Source of the DNA: a bacterium
Lineage (GTDB): Bacteria > Auribacterota > Tritonobacteria > UBA1439
Reading direction: 5' to 3'
DNA: 64,000 nucleotides
Assembly (NCBI GenBank): GCA_028716845.1
Contig: JAQUPF010000001.1
Span: 216,167 to 280,166 of the forward strand
Every line of letters starts with the position of its first letter. The stretch's first letter is position 1. The notes below the pieces were generated by a model. The model was not told where the DNA came from. It saw only the letters and a list, made by a program, of their open reading frames with translations, and made no database searches. Made by a program: the position numbers and the translations under genes. Shown one piece after another: positions 53,436 through 62,930 of the stretch.

Positions 53436-54980
53436 GTGCGGAAGATGAAACAGGCCAGGCTGCTCCTCGTCCTCCTCGCGGCGGCGCTCGTCGCGCTGTC
53501 GGGCTGCGCGACCCGCGGGCCGGCGCTCTGCGTCCTCCACACGAACGACCTCCACGGCCACATCGCCCCCGCCCGCGTCCCCGGCTGGCGGGAGCGGCGG
53601 GGCGGGGCGGCGGTCCTCGCCGGGTGCGCGCGGGAGATCCGCGCCGAGAACGAGCGCGCGGGCGTTCCGACGCTCCTCCTCGACGCGGGCGACATCTTCA
53701 TGGGGGCCCCCGAGGGGACCATGTCGCGCGGCAGGGCGGTCGTCGAGACGATGAACGCCGCGGGCTACGACGCCATGGCCGTCGGCAACCACGAGTTCGA
53801 CCACGGCGTCGGCGTCCTCGAGGATCTCGCCGCGGCGGCGGCCTTCCCGATCCTCGGCGCGAACGTCCGCGGCCCGGACGGGGGCGTCCCGCCGTTCCTC
53901 GCGCCGCACGTCGTCGTGCGCTTCGACGATATCTCCGTCGGCCTCGCCGGCGTCATCACGGCGCAGACGCCCGCCATCGTGATGCCGGGGAGGGTCGGGG
54001 CGATCGAGTTCGGGGACCCCGCGGAGGCCGCGCGGCGCGCCGTGGCCGAGCTCGAGCGGGAGGGGGTCTCGTTCATCATCCTCATCAGCCACTGCGGCGT
54101 CTCCGAGGACGTCCGGATCGCCCGGGAGGTCGACGGGATCGGCCTCATCGTCGGCGGCCACAGTCACGATCTCCTCGAGCGGCCGCTCAGGGCGGGCCGC
54201 GCGGGAACGCTCATCGTCCAGGCGGGGGATTCCGGCCGCCACCTCGGCCGGCTCGACCTCAGGATCGATCCGCGGCGCCGGCGCGCCCGCCGGCACCGGT
54301 ACGGCCTCATCCCGATCACGGAGGACCGCTGCCCGCCCGACCCGGAGGCGGCGGCGGTCGTCGAGAAGTGGCGCGCGCGCGCGCGGGAGGAGTTCGGCGA
54401 GGCGGTCGGCGTCTCGCTCGACGATTTCGAGGGCGGCGGCGAGACCGAATCGGAACTCGGCAACATGATCGCCGACGGGATGCGCGAGACCGCCCGCGCC
54501 GAGATCGCCTTCCACAACGCATACGGCATCCGGAACCCCCTCCTCGCGGGCCCCGTCACGGTCGCCGACATCTACGCCATCATGCCGTTCGACAACACGA
54601 TCCACACGATGCGGCTTCAGGGGCGGCAGGTCCGGCGGGTCCTCGAGCAGAGCCTCGGCCTCCGGGACGGCCTCCTCCAGGTCTCCGGCCTCACGGTCGT
54701 CTACGATCCGGGGGCGCCCGCCGGGGGGAGGGTGCGCTCGGCGGAGTGCGGCGGCGGGCCGCTCGACGACAACCGGCTCTACACGGTGGCGACGAACTCC
54801 TACCTCGCCGCCGGGGGGGACAACTTCACCGTCTTCGCGGAGGGGCTCGATCCCGTCGACACCGGGATCCTCGACCGGGACTCCTTCGCCGCGTACATCC
54901 GCTCCCGGTCCCCGGTCGGGCCCTCCGCCGGGGGACCGGCGCGGCTCATTCCGCGTCCGGGCCCGTCAGCCGCTCCCTGA
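53436..54980 (+). CDS. Bifunctional metallophosphatase/5'-nucleotidase (UshA-like) lipoprotein
   Basis: Track ORF; lipobox LSGC; LHTNDLHGH and GNHEFD metallophosphatase motifs. Confidence 0.8.
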   Translation: MRKMKQARLLLVLLAAALVALSGCATRGPALCVLHTNDLHGHIAPARVPGWRERRGGAAVLAGCAREIRAENERAGVPTLLLDAGDIFMGAPEGTMSRGRAVVETMNAAGYDAMAVGNHEFDHGVGVLEDLAAAAAFPILGANVRGPDGGVPPFLAPHVVVRFDDISVGLAGVITAQTPAIVMPGRVGAIEFGDPAEAARRAVAELEREGVSFIILISHCGVSEDVRIAREVDGIGLIVGGHSHDLLERPLRAGRAGTLIVQAGDSGRHLGRLDLRIDPRRRRARRHRYGLIPITEDRCPPDPEAAAVVEKWRARAREEFGEAVGVSLDDFEGGGETESELGNMIADGMRETARAEIAFHNAYGIRNPLLAGPVTVADIYAIMPFDNTIHTMRLQGRQVRRVLEQSLGLRDGLLQVSGLTVVYDPGAPAGGRVRSAECGGGPLDDNRLYTVATNSYLAAGGDNFTVFAEGLDPVDTGILDRDSFAAYIRSRSPVGPSAGGPARLIPRPGPSAAP

Positions 54981-56691
54981 ACGGCCTCCGCCGCCCGGGG
55001 GGAACAGTCCGCGTCGGCGCGGGAGGCGAGGGCTCCAGGGCCGTGGCGGGGCTTTCCGTCGGGGCCGGCTCGGGCGTCTCCGTCGGGGCCGGCTCGGGCG
55101 TCTCCGTCGGGGCGGGCGTCGGCGTTCCCGTCGGGGTCGGCGGAGGCGGCGTGCGCCGGAGCTCCGGCTCGCCGATCGCCGCCATGAGATCGGAGCCGCG
55201 GATGAAGGGCGGGAGCGGCCCCGCGTTTCCCATGGCGATGCCGAGCGTCTGTCCGGCCGCGGCGCTGCCGTGCGTCCCCTTCAGGTCGATCGCCCCCGTG
55301 AAGAACGCGCTCCCCGAACAGTAGCCGTCGAGGAGGCTCACGAAGACGTCCGGCACGTTGACGACGTGATTGTGCACCGCCTCGTGGAGCCGCCGCAGGA
55401 CGTCCGGGTAGACGTGCCCCTCCAGCGCCTCGAACCAGGAGGCGTCGTCCGCGAACCCCTCGTCGTCCATCTCCCCGCGCCCCCGCATCGCCTCGATGAT
55501 CGGACCGAGGGCGAGCGGGTCCCCCTCCTCGATGGCGCAGGCATACCGGTCCCCGCGGGCGGAGATCCTCGCACTGCCGCGGGCGCCGATGACGACCGCC
55601 TCGCCTCCCTCCTCGAAGACGGCGAAGTCCGCCCCCTCGAGCGTCGCGAGCGCCTCCGCGAGCGGCCGCCTGTTCCGCGGATCGGCGTAGAGGACGGCGG
55701 CGCCGACGAGGCCGAATCGGGGCGCGACGGCGTCCCGCCCGTCGCGGATGGAGCCGGCGAGAATGAAGCCGTGCCGCGCGAGGTGGCCGTCGAGATCGAC
55801 CAGGCGGCCGCTCGGGACGAAGTTGTTGCCGTGGTCGGAGAAGAGGCTCACACGGATGTCCCCCTCCGTCGCGTGGAGGATCTCGTTCAGCATCTCCTCG
55901 AGCCGGAGGAGCTGGCGGCGCATCCCCTCCCGCCCCTCCCGGTGGCCGATCGCGTCGGTCGAGCCGATGTAGAGGAAGATCGGCTCGTCCGCGGGCCGCT
56001 CACGGTGGAGGCGCCAGAATGTCCTCCGCGCCGCCCGGAGATCGCGGTCGGCGACCATGTACGGGGCGACGTAGATGAGGGCGCCGAAGCGGGGGTGCTG
56101 CTCGTAGTCGAAGGCCGAGTGGAAGGTCCGGTCCGTCCGGGGGTTCGGCCGCACCAGGTGGTCCCGCGCCCCGCCGGTGACCCTGTTGCGGCGCCGGTCG
56201 AAGTAGCGGTTCTCGATGCCCGGCGTCTTCGCCGTCCCGAGGATCTCGGCGAAGGCGGGGTTGGTGTCGGAGGGGAAGGTGGAGATGAGGCGCGACGGGG
56301 GGTTGAAATCCCTGAAGCGGCCCTCCCGCCAGAGCTCCTCCATGAGGGCATGCGGCACCGAGTCGACGCAGATGATGAGGTGCCGCGCGGCGGCGCGCGC
56401 CCGTTCCGCGCGGGAGATGCGCGCGTCGAAGGAGCCGTCGGAATCCCTGTCGACGTGGTAGACGTCGACGACCCCGTCGCCGTCCGTGTCCAGCTTCCGC
56501 CAGTCGGCCCTCCCGTCGCCGTTCGTGTCGTAATCCCATCCCTCGACGGCGACGCCGTGGAATCCCTCCCCCCTGAACCTCGCCGGCTGCGGGAAGACCC
56601 ACCGCGCCCCCGCGGCGGAGGGAAGCGCCGCGAGGAAGAGGAGGGCGGCGGCCGTCCGCCGCGTCCCCGTGCCGATGAAACCGCGCATCAT
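54946..56691 (-). CDS. Secreted alkaline-phosphatase-superfamily protein (phosphodiesterase/sulfatase-like) with Thr/Pro-rich C-terminal tail
   Basis: Track ORF 581 aa; signal peptide; Ca-binding-like DTNGDGRAD / DTDGDGVVD loops; SDHGNNF motif; C-terminal TPTPAPTETPEPAPTETPEPAPT. Confidence 0.5.
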   Translation of the reverse strand: MMRGFIGTGTRRTAAALLFLAALPSAAGARWVFPQPARFRGEGFHGVAVEGWDYDTNGDGRADWRKLDTDGDGVVDVYHVDRDSDGSFDARISRAERARAAARHLIICVDSVPHALMEELWREGRFRDFNPPSRLISTFPSDTNPAFAEILGTAKTPGIENRYFDRRRNRVTGGARDHLVRPNPRTDRTFHSAFDYEQHPRFGALIYVAPYMVADRDLRAARRTFWRLHRERPADEPIFLYIGSTDAIGHREGREGMRRQLLRLEEMLNEILHATEGDIRVSLFSDHGNNFVPSGRLVDLDGHLARHGFILAGSIRDGRDAVAPRFGLVGAAVLYADPRNRRPLAEALATLEGADFAVFEEGGEAVVIGARGSARISARGDRYACAIEEGDPLALGPIIEAMRGRGEMDDEGFADDASWFEALEGHVYPDVLRRLHEAVHNHVVNVPDVFVSLLDGYCSGSAFFTGAIDLKGTHGSAAAGQTLGIAMGNAGPLPPFIRGSDLMAAIGEPELRRTPPPPTPTGTPTPAPTETPEPAPTETPEPAPTESPATALEPSPPAPTRTVPPGRRRPFRERLTGPDAE

Positions 56692-56703
56692 GCCGCCTCT
56701 CCC

Positions 56704-58212
56704 CTACCGGAGCCCGAGGTCCCGCATCATCCGCGAGAGGTACGGCTGCGTGAGCGCGAGCTTCCGCGCCGCGCGCGACTGGTTCCCGCCGCACTCGCGG
56801 AGGGCCCGGGCGACGATCTCCCGCTTGAAATCCTTCACCAGCTCCCTGTACGGCTTCGTGAGCGCGATCTCCGCCGCCGGCGCGGGGGCGAGGTCGAGGA
56901 GGAGGTTGTCCCTGTCGATCGTCTCCTTCGCGCCGAGGACGATCGCCCGCTCGAGCACGTTCTCGAGCTCCCGCACGTTCCCCGGCCAGTTGTAGCCGAG
57001 GATCGCCTTCTGCGCCGCGGGGGTGAGGGCCGGCGCCGGCCGCCCCTCCTCGAGGCAGTAGCGCTCGATGAACTTGTTCGCGATGTAGAGGATGTCCTCC
57101 TCCCGCTCCCTGAGCGGCGGGATGGTCAGGGAGATGACGTTGATCCTGAAGTAGAGATCCTCCCTGAAGGCGCCGCCCGCGACCTCCTCCTTGAGGTCCC
57201 TGTTCGTCGCGGCGATGACGCGGATGTCGGCCGTGATCGTCCCCGTCCCCCCCACCCGCTCGAACTGGCGCTCCTGGAGGACGCGGAGGAACTTCGTCTG
57301 GACGTCGGGCTCCATCTCCCCGATCTCGTCGAGGAAGAGGGTGCCGCCGTCGGCGAGCTCCACTTTCCCCTCCCTCCTGCGGACCGCCCCCGTGAAGGCG
57401 CCCTTCTCGTGGCCGAACAGCTCGCTCTCGAGGAGCTGCTCGGGCAGGGCCGCGCAGTTGATCGCGACGAACGGCCGCTTGCTCCGGTCGCTCCACGTGT
57501 GGATCGACCGGGCGACGATCTCCTTCCCCGTCCCGCTCTCGCCGAGCAGGAGGACCGTGGCGTCGCTCTCCGCCGCCCGCCGCGCCATTTCGATGACCGC
57601 CTTCATCTTCGGGGAATAGCTGGTGAGGAGGCGCGGGGCGGCGTCGAGCTGCTCCCGGAGGAGCTTGTTCTCCCTCGACATCGCGTCGTAGAGGTTCGCA
57701 TTGTCGATGGCGATCGCCACCTGGTCGGCGAACGCGCGGGCGAGGTGCAGGTCGTCGTCGGTGAAACGGCCCCCCTCCGGCTTGTTGATGATGTTGAGGA
57801 CGCCGAGCACCTTCCCGCCCGAGGCGAGCGGGAGACAGAGGATCGACTCGAGCGGCGTGTCGATGATGTGGTTGTAGCGGTCCGAGTACCGCGGATCGCT
57901 CCGGACATTGTTCGAGAGGACCGGCTCACCGTGCTTCGCCACCCATCCGGCGATCCCCTCCCCGATCTTGAACTTCACCTCCCGCATCTTGTCCTTGTTC
58001 GGTCCCACCACGATGCAGGCGACGAGTTCCTTCGTCTCCGGGTGGAGGAGCATGAGGCACGAATCCTTGCAGTCCACGACCTTCGCGGCCGAGCAGACGA
58101 TCGATTCCAGCAGCTTCTCCTTGTCCCGCGTCGAGGAGACCTCCTGCGACGCCTGGAGGAGCGAGAACAACCTGCCGATGATATACTCCCTTTTCCCCGT
58201 CTCCACTGCCAT
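56704..58212 (-). CDS. Sigma-54-dependent transcriptional activator with N-terminal GAF domain (no receiver domain)
   Basis: Track ORF 502 aa; Walker [15 protein letters not shown] motif, C-terminal HTH ([20 protein letters not shown]). Confidence 0.85.
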   Translation of the reverse strand: MAVETGKREYIIGRLFSLLQASQEVSSTRDKEKLLESIVCSAAKVVDCKDSCLMLLHPETKELVACIVVGPNKDKMREVKFKIGEGIAGWVAKHGEPVLSNNVRSDPRYSDRYNHIIDTPLESILCLPLASGGKVLGVLNIINKPEGGRFTDDDLHLARAFADQVAIAIDNANLYDAMSRENKLLREQLDAAPRLLTSYSPKMKAVIEMARRAAESDATVLLLGESGTGKEIVARSIHTWSDRSKRPFVAINCAALPEQLLESELFGHEKGAFTGAVRRREGKVELADGGTLFLDEIGEMEPDVQTKFLRVLQERQFERVGGTGTITADIRVIAATNRDLKEEVAGGAFREDLYFRINVISLTIPPLREREEDILYIANKFIERYCLEEGRPAPALTPAAQKAILGYNWPGNVRELENVLERAIVLGAKETIDRDNLLLDLAPAPAAEIALTKPYRELVKDFKREIVARALRECGGNQSRAARKLALTQPYLSRMMRDLGLR

Positions 58213-58514
58213 GGCTGGTCTTCGCCTTTCTCCGCGTGGACGCCGTGATGTGCGTCCTTCTTTTTACCTTTCGATCCTTAAAAAGCCGTCATGTTATCCG
58301 AATGATATCCTCAAGTCAATATGCATAATAGATATAATCATGGCATCGTTCGACTATTAACAAAACATATATCTCATTGGTTATATCATATCATCACAAA
58401 GTTATAGACACATTTTCATTTAAGAGGTATACATCGCAGGAAGTTCTATCCGCACTAAGTCACAATACACACTACAAGAGGATATTATGACATTATAATG
58501 GATATATTTCATAG

Positions 58515-58529
58515 TGGCACATAATATGC
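58515..58529 (+). promoter_or_regulatory. Candidate sigma-54 (-24/-12) promoter inside the AT-rich divergent region
   Basis: TGGCACATAATATGC, same GG-N10-GC spacing as consensus; about 55 nt upstream of ATG 58584. Confidence 0.5.
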
Positions 58530-58583
58530 TTATATAAACGAACAGGCACACAAAATGTGCATGCAGAGGAAAGGAGATTGAAA

Positions 58584-58883
58584 ATGATGGCAACAAGATT
58601 CCTCAGGACACTCGCGGCCGTCGTCGCGGCCGCCGCGGTGCTGGCTTCGACGGTCGACGCCGCCGGGAAGGTGAACATCAACACCGCCTCCCGGTGGAGG
58701 CTCGAGAAGCTGCCGGGGGTCGGTCCGGACATCGCGCAGCTGATCATCGCCTACAGGAGGGATTCAGGCGGGTTCAGGAGTGTCTCCGAGCTCGGCCAGA
58801 TACCCGGCATCGGCGGAAAGAAGCTTGAGGGTCTCAAGCGCGTCGCCACCGTCGGCCGGCTCGCGGAGCGCGACCGTCTCTGA
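58584..58883 (+). CDS. ComEA-like secreted helix-hairpin-helix DNA-binding protein
   Basis: Part of track ORF 58557..58883; ATG 58584 with AGGAGA RBS; signal peptide; INTASRWRLEKLPGVGPDIAQLIIAYRRDSGGFRSVSELGQIPGIGGKKLEGL. Confidence 0.7.
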   Translation: MMATRFLRTLAAVVAAAAVLASTVDAAGKVNINTASRWRLEKLPGVGPDIAQLIIAYRRDSGGFRSVSELGQIPGIGGKKLEGLKRVATVGRLAERDRL

Positions 58884-58902
58884 CGGGCGCTGGAGCGGAA
58901 CG

Positions 58903-58936
58903 GGCGGTTCGCCGACGGCGAGCCGCCATTTTTTTT
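58903..58936 (+). terminator. Rho-independent terminator after the ComEA-like gene
   Basis: GGCGGTTCGCC-GACG-GCGAGCCGCC hairpin followed by A and eight T residues. Confidence 0.75.
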
Positions 58937-59115
58937 GCGCGGGCCGGTCCGCGAAAAGCGGCCACCTGTCCACGGCGCCGATGATGTTGCCGTCGACCTT
59001 CAGGACGGCCGGCCCCGACCGCCCTTTCGCGTTGGGCGCGTCGATGATCGGCCGCGAGGGAAAGCCGCGGCGTTCATCGGCGCCCGGCGACGTGTTTCAT
59101 GTTATATTGATTCTC

Positions 59116-62106
59116 GTGAACGTGCGCGCGTGGCATCCCAGCTTGAAGACGATCGTCGCCGCGGCCGCCTCCCTCGCCGCGCTGCAGCCCCTGCCGGGCG
59201 CCGCCGGTCCCGACGAGGGGCCGGACGCCGGTTCCGAGCTCGCGCTCCATTCCCGGGTCATCCGGCCGGGTCCGGCCGACCTCGAGGGGCTCCGCGCCGC
59301 CGCCGCGCGCGCGCACGGGAGATCGCGGATCCACGCCCTCATCCGACTCGACGGGATCCCTTCGCCGGCACGCCGGGCGGCGCTCAGCCGGGAAGGGCTC
59401 TTCCTCCTCTCCTACGTGCCCGACCGCGCCTGGCTCGCCTCGCTCCCCTCGGACGACATCGGCCGTATCGTCGCCCTGCCCGGCGTTCGATGGGCGGGGC
59501 CGCTCGATCCGGCCGACAAGATCAGCCCGATCCTCCGGCGGGGCGGGTTCGGCGGATGGGCGCACGACGGGTCGTCGGGCCGCTGCGTCGTCCTCGTCAC
59601 GCTGTTCCGGGACGTCGGCCTCGAGGAGGGGGAGGAGGCCGTCCGCTCGCTCGGGGGGAGGGTCACGGGGGAGGCGGGTCTCGTCCACACGCTCGTTGCG
59701 GAGATCCCCGTCGCGGCGGTCGAGGCCCTCGCCGCCCATGACATCGTCGAGTGGATCGAGCAGCCGCTCCCGCCGCTCGAGCCGGTCAACGCCGGGAACA
59801 GGGCGGTCGTCGGCGCGGACACGCTCCAGGCCGCGCCGTACAACCTCGCGGGGAGCGGCGTGAACGTCCTCGTCTACGACGCCGGACGGGTGTACGGCCA
59901 CAGCGACCTGGTCGCTCGGATGACGGAGGGCGACTCCTCGCCGTTCCATGAGCACGCCACGCACGTCGCCTGCACGGTCTGCGGCGACGGCACGGTGACG
60001 TTTAACAACCGCGGGATGGCGCCGGCCGCCAATCTCCTCTCGATGGGGTTCGAGTACGACGGGAGCGGCGTCTTCCTCTACACGAACCCGGGCGACATCG
60101 AGGACGATTTCACCTACGCGAAGAACGCCTGGCCCCCCTCCGCCGACCTCCTCAACGCCTCCATCGGGACGAACACGGCCTGGAACGGTTTCCCGTGCTC
60201 CTACGAGGGGAACTACGGCGTCACCGACATCCTCCTCGACTCGATCGTGCGCGGATCGCTCGGGGAGCCGTTCATCATGGCGTGGGCCGCGGGGAACGAG
60301 CGGGGAGACGGCAGGTGCGGCTCATCGTACCGCACAACCGCGCCGCCGGCGTGCGCGAAGAACCCGATCCAGTCCGGGGCGACGAACGAATCCGACGGGA
60401 TGTCCTCCTTCTCGTCATGGGGGCCGACGGACGACGGGCGGATCAAGCCGGTCGTCTGCGCGCCGGGCGTGAACGTCCTCTCGTGCAATCAATCCAACGG
60501 CTACAGGACAATGAGCGGGACATCGATGGCCTCGCCGACGACCGCCGGCGTCATCGCCCTCATGCTCGAGCAGTACCGGATCACGTACGGGACCGCCGTC
60601 GCCTTCCTCCCCTCGTCGGCGAAGGCGCTCCTCATCCACACGGCGGCGGACCTCGGCCCGGCGGGGCCCGATTTCCGCTTCGGCTACGGCCGGATCGACG
60701 CCGTGGCGGCGGCGGACCGGATCATCGCGCGCGACCTCCGCGAGGAGCCGGCCACCGTCCACGACGAGACCCGTGACTACGCGGTGACGGTCGCGCCCGG
60801 GACGCCCGAACTCAGGGCGAGCCTCGCCTGGGACGACCCGCCGGGGACGCTCATGGCGGTGCGGAAGCTCGTCAACGACCTCGACCTCGAGCTGGTTGCC
60901 CCGGGCGGCGCCGTCCACCGCCCCTGGGTCCTCGATCCCGCGAATCCGTCGGACACCGCGACGACGGGCGCGGACAATCTCAACAACCAGGAGCAGGTCG
61001 TCGTGAGCGGCCCCGCCGCCGGCGTCTGGACGGTCCGCGTCCGCGCCTCAGCCCTCCCGGAGCCGCCGCAGGCGTACTCGATCGTCTTCCCCGGGGCGGC
61101 CGACATCGCTCCCGCCGTGACGCCCGGGGCCACGCCCACGCCGACGCCGACGCCGAAGGTGTGCTACGAGGCCGTGACGAACGGCGGCTTCGAGTCGGGC
61201 TCGGATCCCTGGGTCCTGACCGGCTCGGCGGTCCGGAGCGCCCAGCAGGCGCGGTCGGGCTCGTACTCGATGCGGCTCGGGGGCCCGGGCAACGGCAGGA
61301 TGCATCTCGAGGTCGGCGTCCCGCCGTCGGCCGCAGGCGCCACGCTCTCCTACTGGGTCCGGATGCAGACGGCGGAGACCGACCCCGATCCGGACGACTT
61401 CCTGGATGTGGAGATCCACGACGGCGCCGGGAGGACGCTCACGACGCTCCAGTCGCTCTCCGACCGCGATCCGTCCTACAAGGACGCGTGGCGGCAGGAG
61501 TCGTTCACCCTCGGGTCGGACCTCGCGGGAAGAACGATCCGGCTGCATTTCCAGGCGCTGGTGAACAACACCATGGCCACCTATTTCTTCATCGATGACG
61601 TGGGCCTCGAGATCTGCGGATCCGAGCTGCCGCCGACGCCCGCGCCGACGCCGACGCCCGCGCCCAACTACATCAACCTGTCGCTCTCCCCGGTACAGCT
61701 CCGGCCGGGCGGGGCGGTGGAACTCTCCTGGCGCTGCGACTTCAGCCGCTGGGACTACGCGGGCCGGCCGGTGGACGTGTACCTCGCGGCGATCAGGGAC
61801 CCGAAGGCGGCGGGGGCCTCGTCGAGCATCGGGGACGCGCTCGCGGGCGGCGAGGTCCGGCTCTTCGAGGACGGGATGCGGACGTCGTACCGTTTCACCG
61901 GCGCGGTGCGGGCGCCGTGCTGGCGGGGCGTGGTATTCCCGCCGACACCGCTCGCGGGGACGCTCCGGTTCACGGTGCCGCCCGACCCGTCGTTCCACGG
62001 CGACTGGGTGTTCGCGACGGCGTTCTTCCTGAAGGATCCGCCGGGGCCGGTCCGCGACGACGGCCTCCCCGTGGAGAACTCCGACATCGCGACGGTCGCC
62101 CCGTAG
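59116..62106 (+). CDS. Secreted subtilisin-like serine protease (peptidase S8) with propeptide and large C-terminal extension
   Basis: Part of track ORF 58780..62106; start uncertain (candidates between 59044 and 59143); catalytic triad contexts VLVYDAG, HATHVACT, SGTSMASP; Thr/Pro linkers; C-terminal beta-rich domains. Confidence 0.8.
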   Translation: MNVRAWHPSLKTIVAAAASLAALQPLPGAAGPDEGPDAGSELALHSRVIRPGPADLEGLRAAAARAHGRSRIHALIRLDGIPSPARRAALSREGLFLLSYVPDRAWLASLPSDDIGRIVALPGVRWAGPLDPADKISPILRRGGFGGWAHDGSSGRCVVLVTLFRDVGLEEGEEAVRSLGGRVTGEAGLVHTLVAEIPVAAVEALAAHDIVEWIEQPLPPLEPVNAGNRAVVGADTLQAAPYNLAGSGVNVLVYDAGRVYGHSDLVARMTEGDSSPFHEHATHVACTVCGDGTVTFNNRGMAPAANLLSMGFEYDGSGVFLYTNPGDIEDDFTYAKNAWPPSADLLNASIGTNTAWNGFPCSYEGNYGVTDILLDSIVRGSLGEPFIMAWAAGNERGDGRCGSSYRTTAPPACAKNPIQSGATNESDGMSSFSSWGPTDDGRIKPVVCAPGVNVLSCNQSNGYRTMSGTSMASPTTAGVIALMLEQYRITYGTAVAFLPSSAKALLIHTAADLGPAGPDFRFGYGRIDAVAAADRIIARDLREEPATVHDETRDYAVTVAPGTPELRASLAWDDPPGTLMAVRKLVNDLDLELVAPGGAVHRPWVLDPANPSDTATTGADNLNNQEQVVVSGPAAGVWTVRVRASALPEPPQAYSIVFPGAADIAPAVTPGATPTPTPTPKVCYEAVTNGGFESGSDPWVLTGSAVRSAQQARSGSYSMRLGGPGNGRMHLEVGVPPSAAGATLSYWVRMQTAETDPDPDDFLDVEIHDGAGRTLTTLQSLSDRDPSYKDAWRQESFTLGSDLAGRTIRLHFQALVNNTMATYFFIDDVGLEICGSELPPTPAPTPTPAPNYINLSLSPVQLRPGGAVELSWRCDFSRWDYAGRPVDVYLAAIRDPKAAGASSSIGDALAGGEVRLFEDGMRTSYRFTGAVRAPCWRGVVFPPTPLAGTLRFTVPPDPSFHGDWVFATAFFLKDPPGPVRDDGLPVENSDIATVAP

Positions 62107-62164
62107 CCGGCCGCGTCTTCCGCGCCGTCAGCGGCGGGCCGCGTCCCGGGCGATGGCGGCGGCG

Positions 62165-62497
62165 CTACTCCTCCTCCTTGTACTCCTCCCACATCTGCTC
62201 GTAGTCGATCTCCTCGATGGCGGCCTGGCCCCTGGAGACGTCGGGGATCCTGGCCCTGAGATCGGCGATGGGCGGCTCGATCGCCTCGGAGGGGATCACC
62301 TCGAACGATTGGCCGTCGTCCGTCTTGTAGTTGATCTTCCGCTCGAGGCAGAAGTTCATGATCTTCTTCAGGACCCGCCGGTCGCACCGCTCGCGGACGA
62401 ACCGCCTCCGCTTCCGGCTCCACTTCATCTTCAGGTTCTTGAGGATCTCGTCCTTGTACCGCTCGGCGGCGTCACCCCACAGTTGAATGCTCGTCAT
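62165..62497 (-). CDS. Hypothetical small Lys/Arg/Glu-rich protein
   Basis: Part of track ORF 62165..62605; ATG 62497 (MTSIQLWGDAAERYKDEILKNLK...); no recognisable domain. Confidence 0.4.
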   Translation of the reverse strand: MTSIQLWGDAAERYKDEILKNLKMKWSRKRRRFVRERCDRRVLKKIMNFCLERKINYKTDDGQSFEVIPSEAIEPPIADLRARIPDVSRGQAAIEEIDYEQMWEEYKEEE

Positions 62498-62599
62498 GGC
62501 CGTCCTCCCGCGCGCGCCGCGCTGCTTCCGAAAGGCGCGGCACAATAGCCCAACGGCGAAAATGGTGTCAAGCGGAAAGTACGGCGCCGGCCCGGGAGG

Positions 62600-62930
62600 G
62601 AACAATAATGCACTCCACCCTGCGGATCGGCGCGGATCCCGACAACAGTTGAACGTTCAAGGCGAAACGTTCAAAGCGGGAAACGGCGGAAACCCTGTTC
62701 CTTTCGGCCGCCTTCTCATCCGCGTGGATCCGCGTGCATCCAAGGTTGAAAGTGGAAAGCAGGCAAATGCCTTGCCGCCACAGAGATCACAGAGACCACA
62801 GAGGAATCGGAGAGTCCATCTTGTTCAATCCGCGATAATCCGCGTGGATCCGCGGCGAACACCATCCTCCGTGTTCTCTGAGTGCTCTGTGGCGGACTGC
62901 AACCGTGCCGATCCGTGGTGGATTGATGCT
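62600..62930. repeat. Mosaic intergenic repeat element, copy g
   Basis: Shares ATCCGCGATAATCCGCGT-GGATCCGCGGC, AACGTTCAA and CACAGAG-type modules and the terminal CCACGGATCGGCACGG module with other copies. Confidence 0.65.

Noticed and set aside
55270-58248. 992-aa plus-strand ORF antisense to the phosphatase-like and sigma-54 activator genes
   Set aside because: Asp/Glu/Arg-rich antisense translation; the sense genes have clear domains.
31490-62930. CRISPR array within the repeated intergenic elements
   Set aside because: Repeats are not regularly spaced short direct repeats with unique spacers; they are mosaic modules in both orientations, and no cas genes are present.
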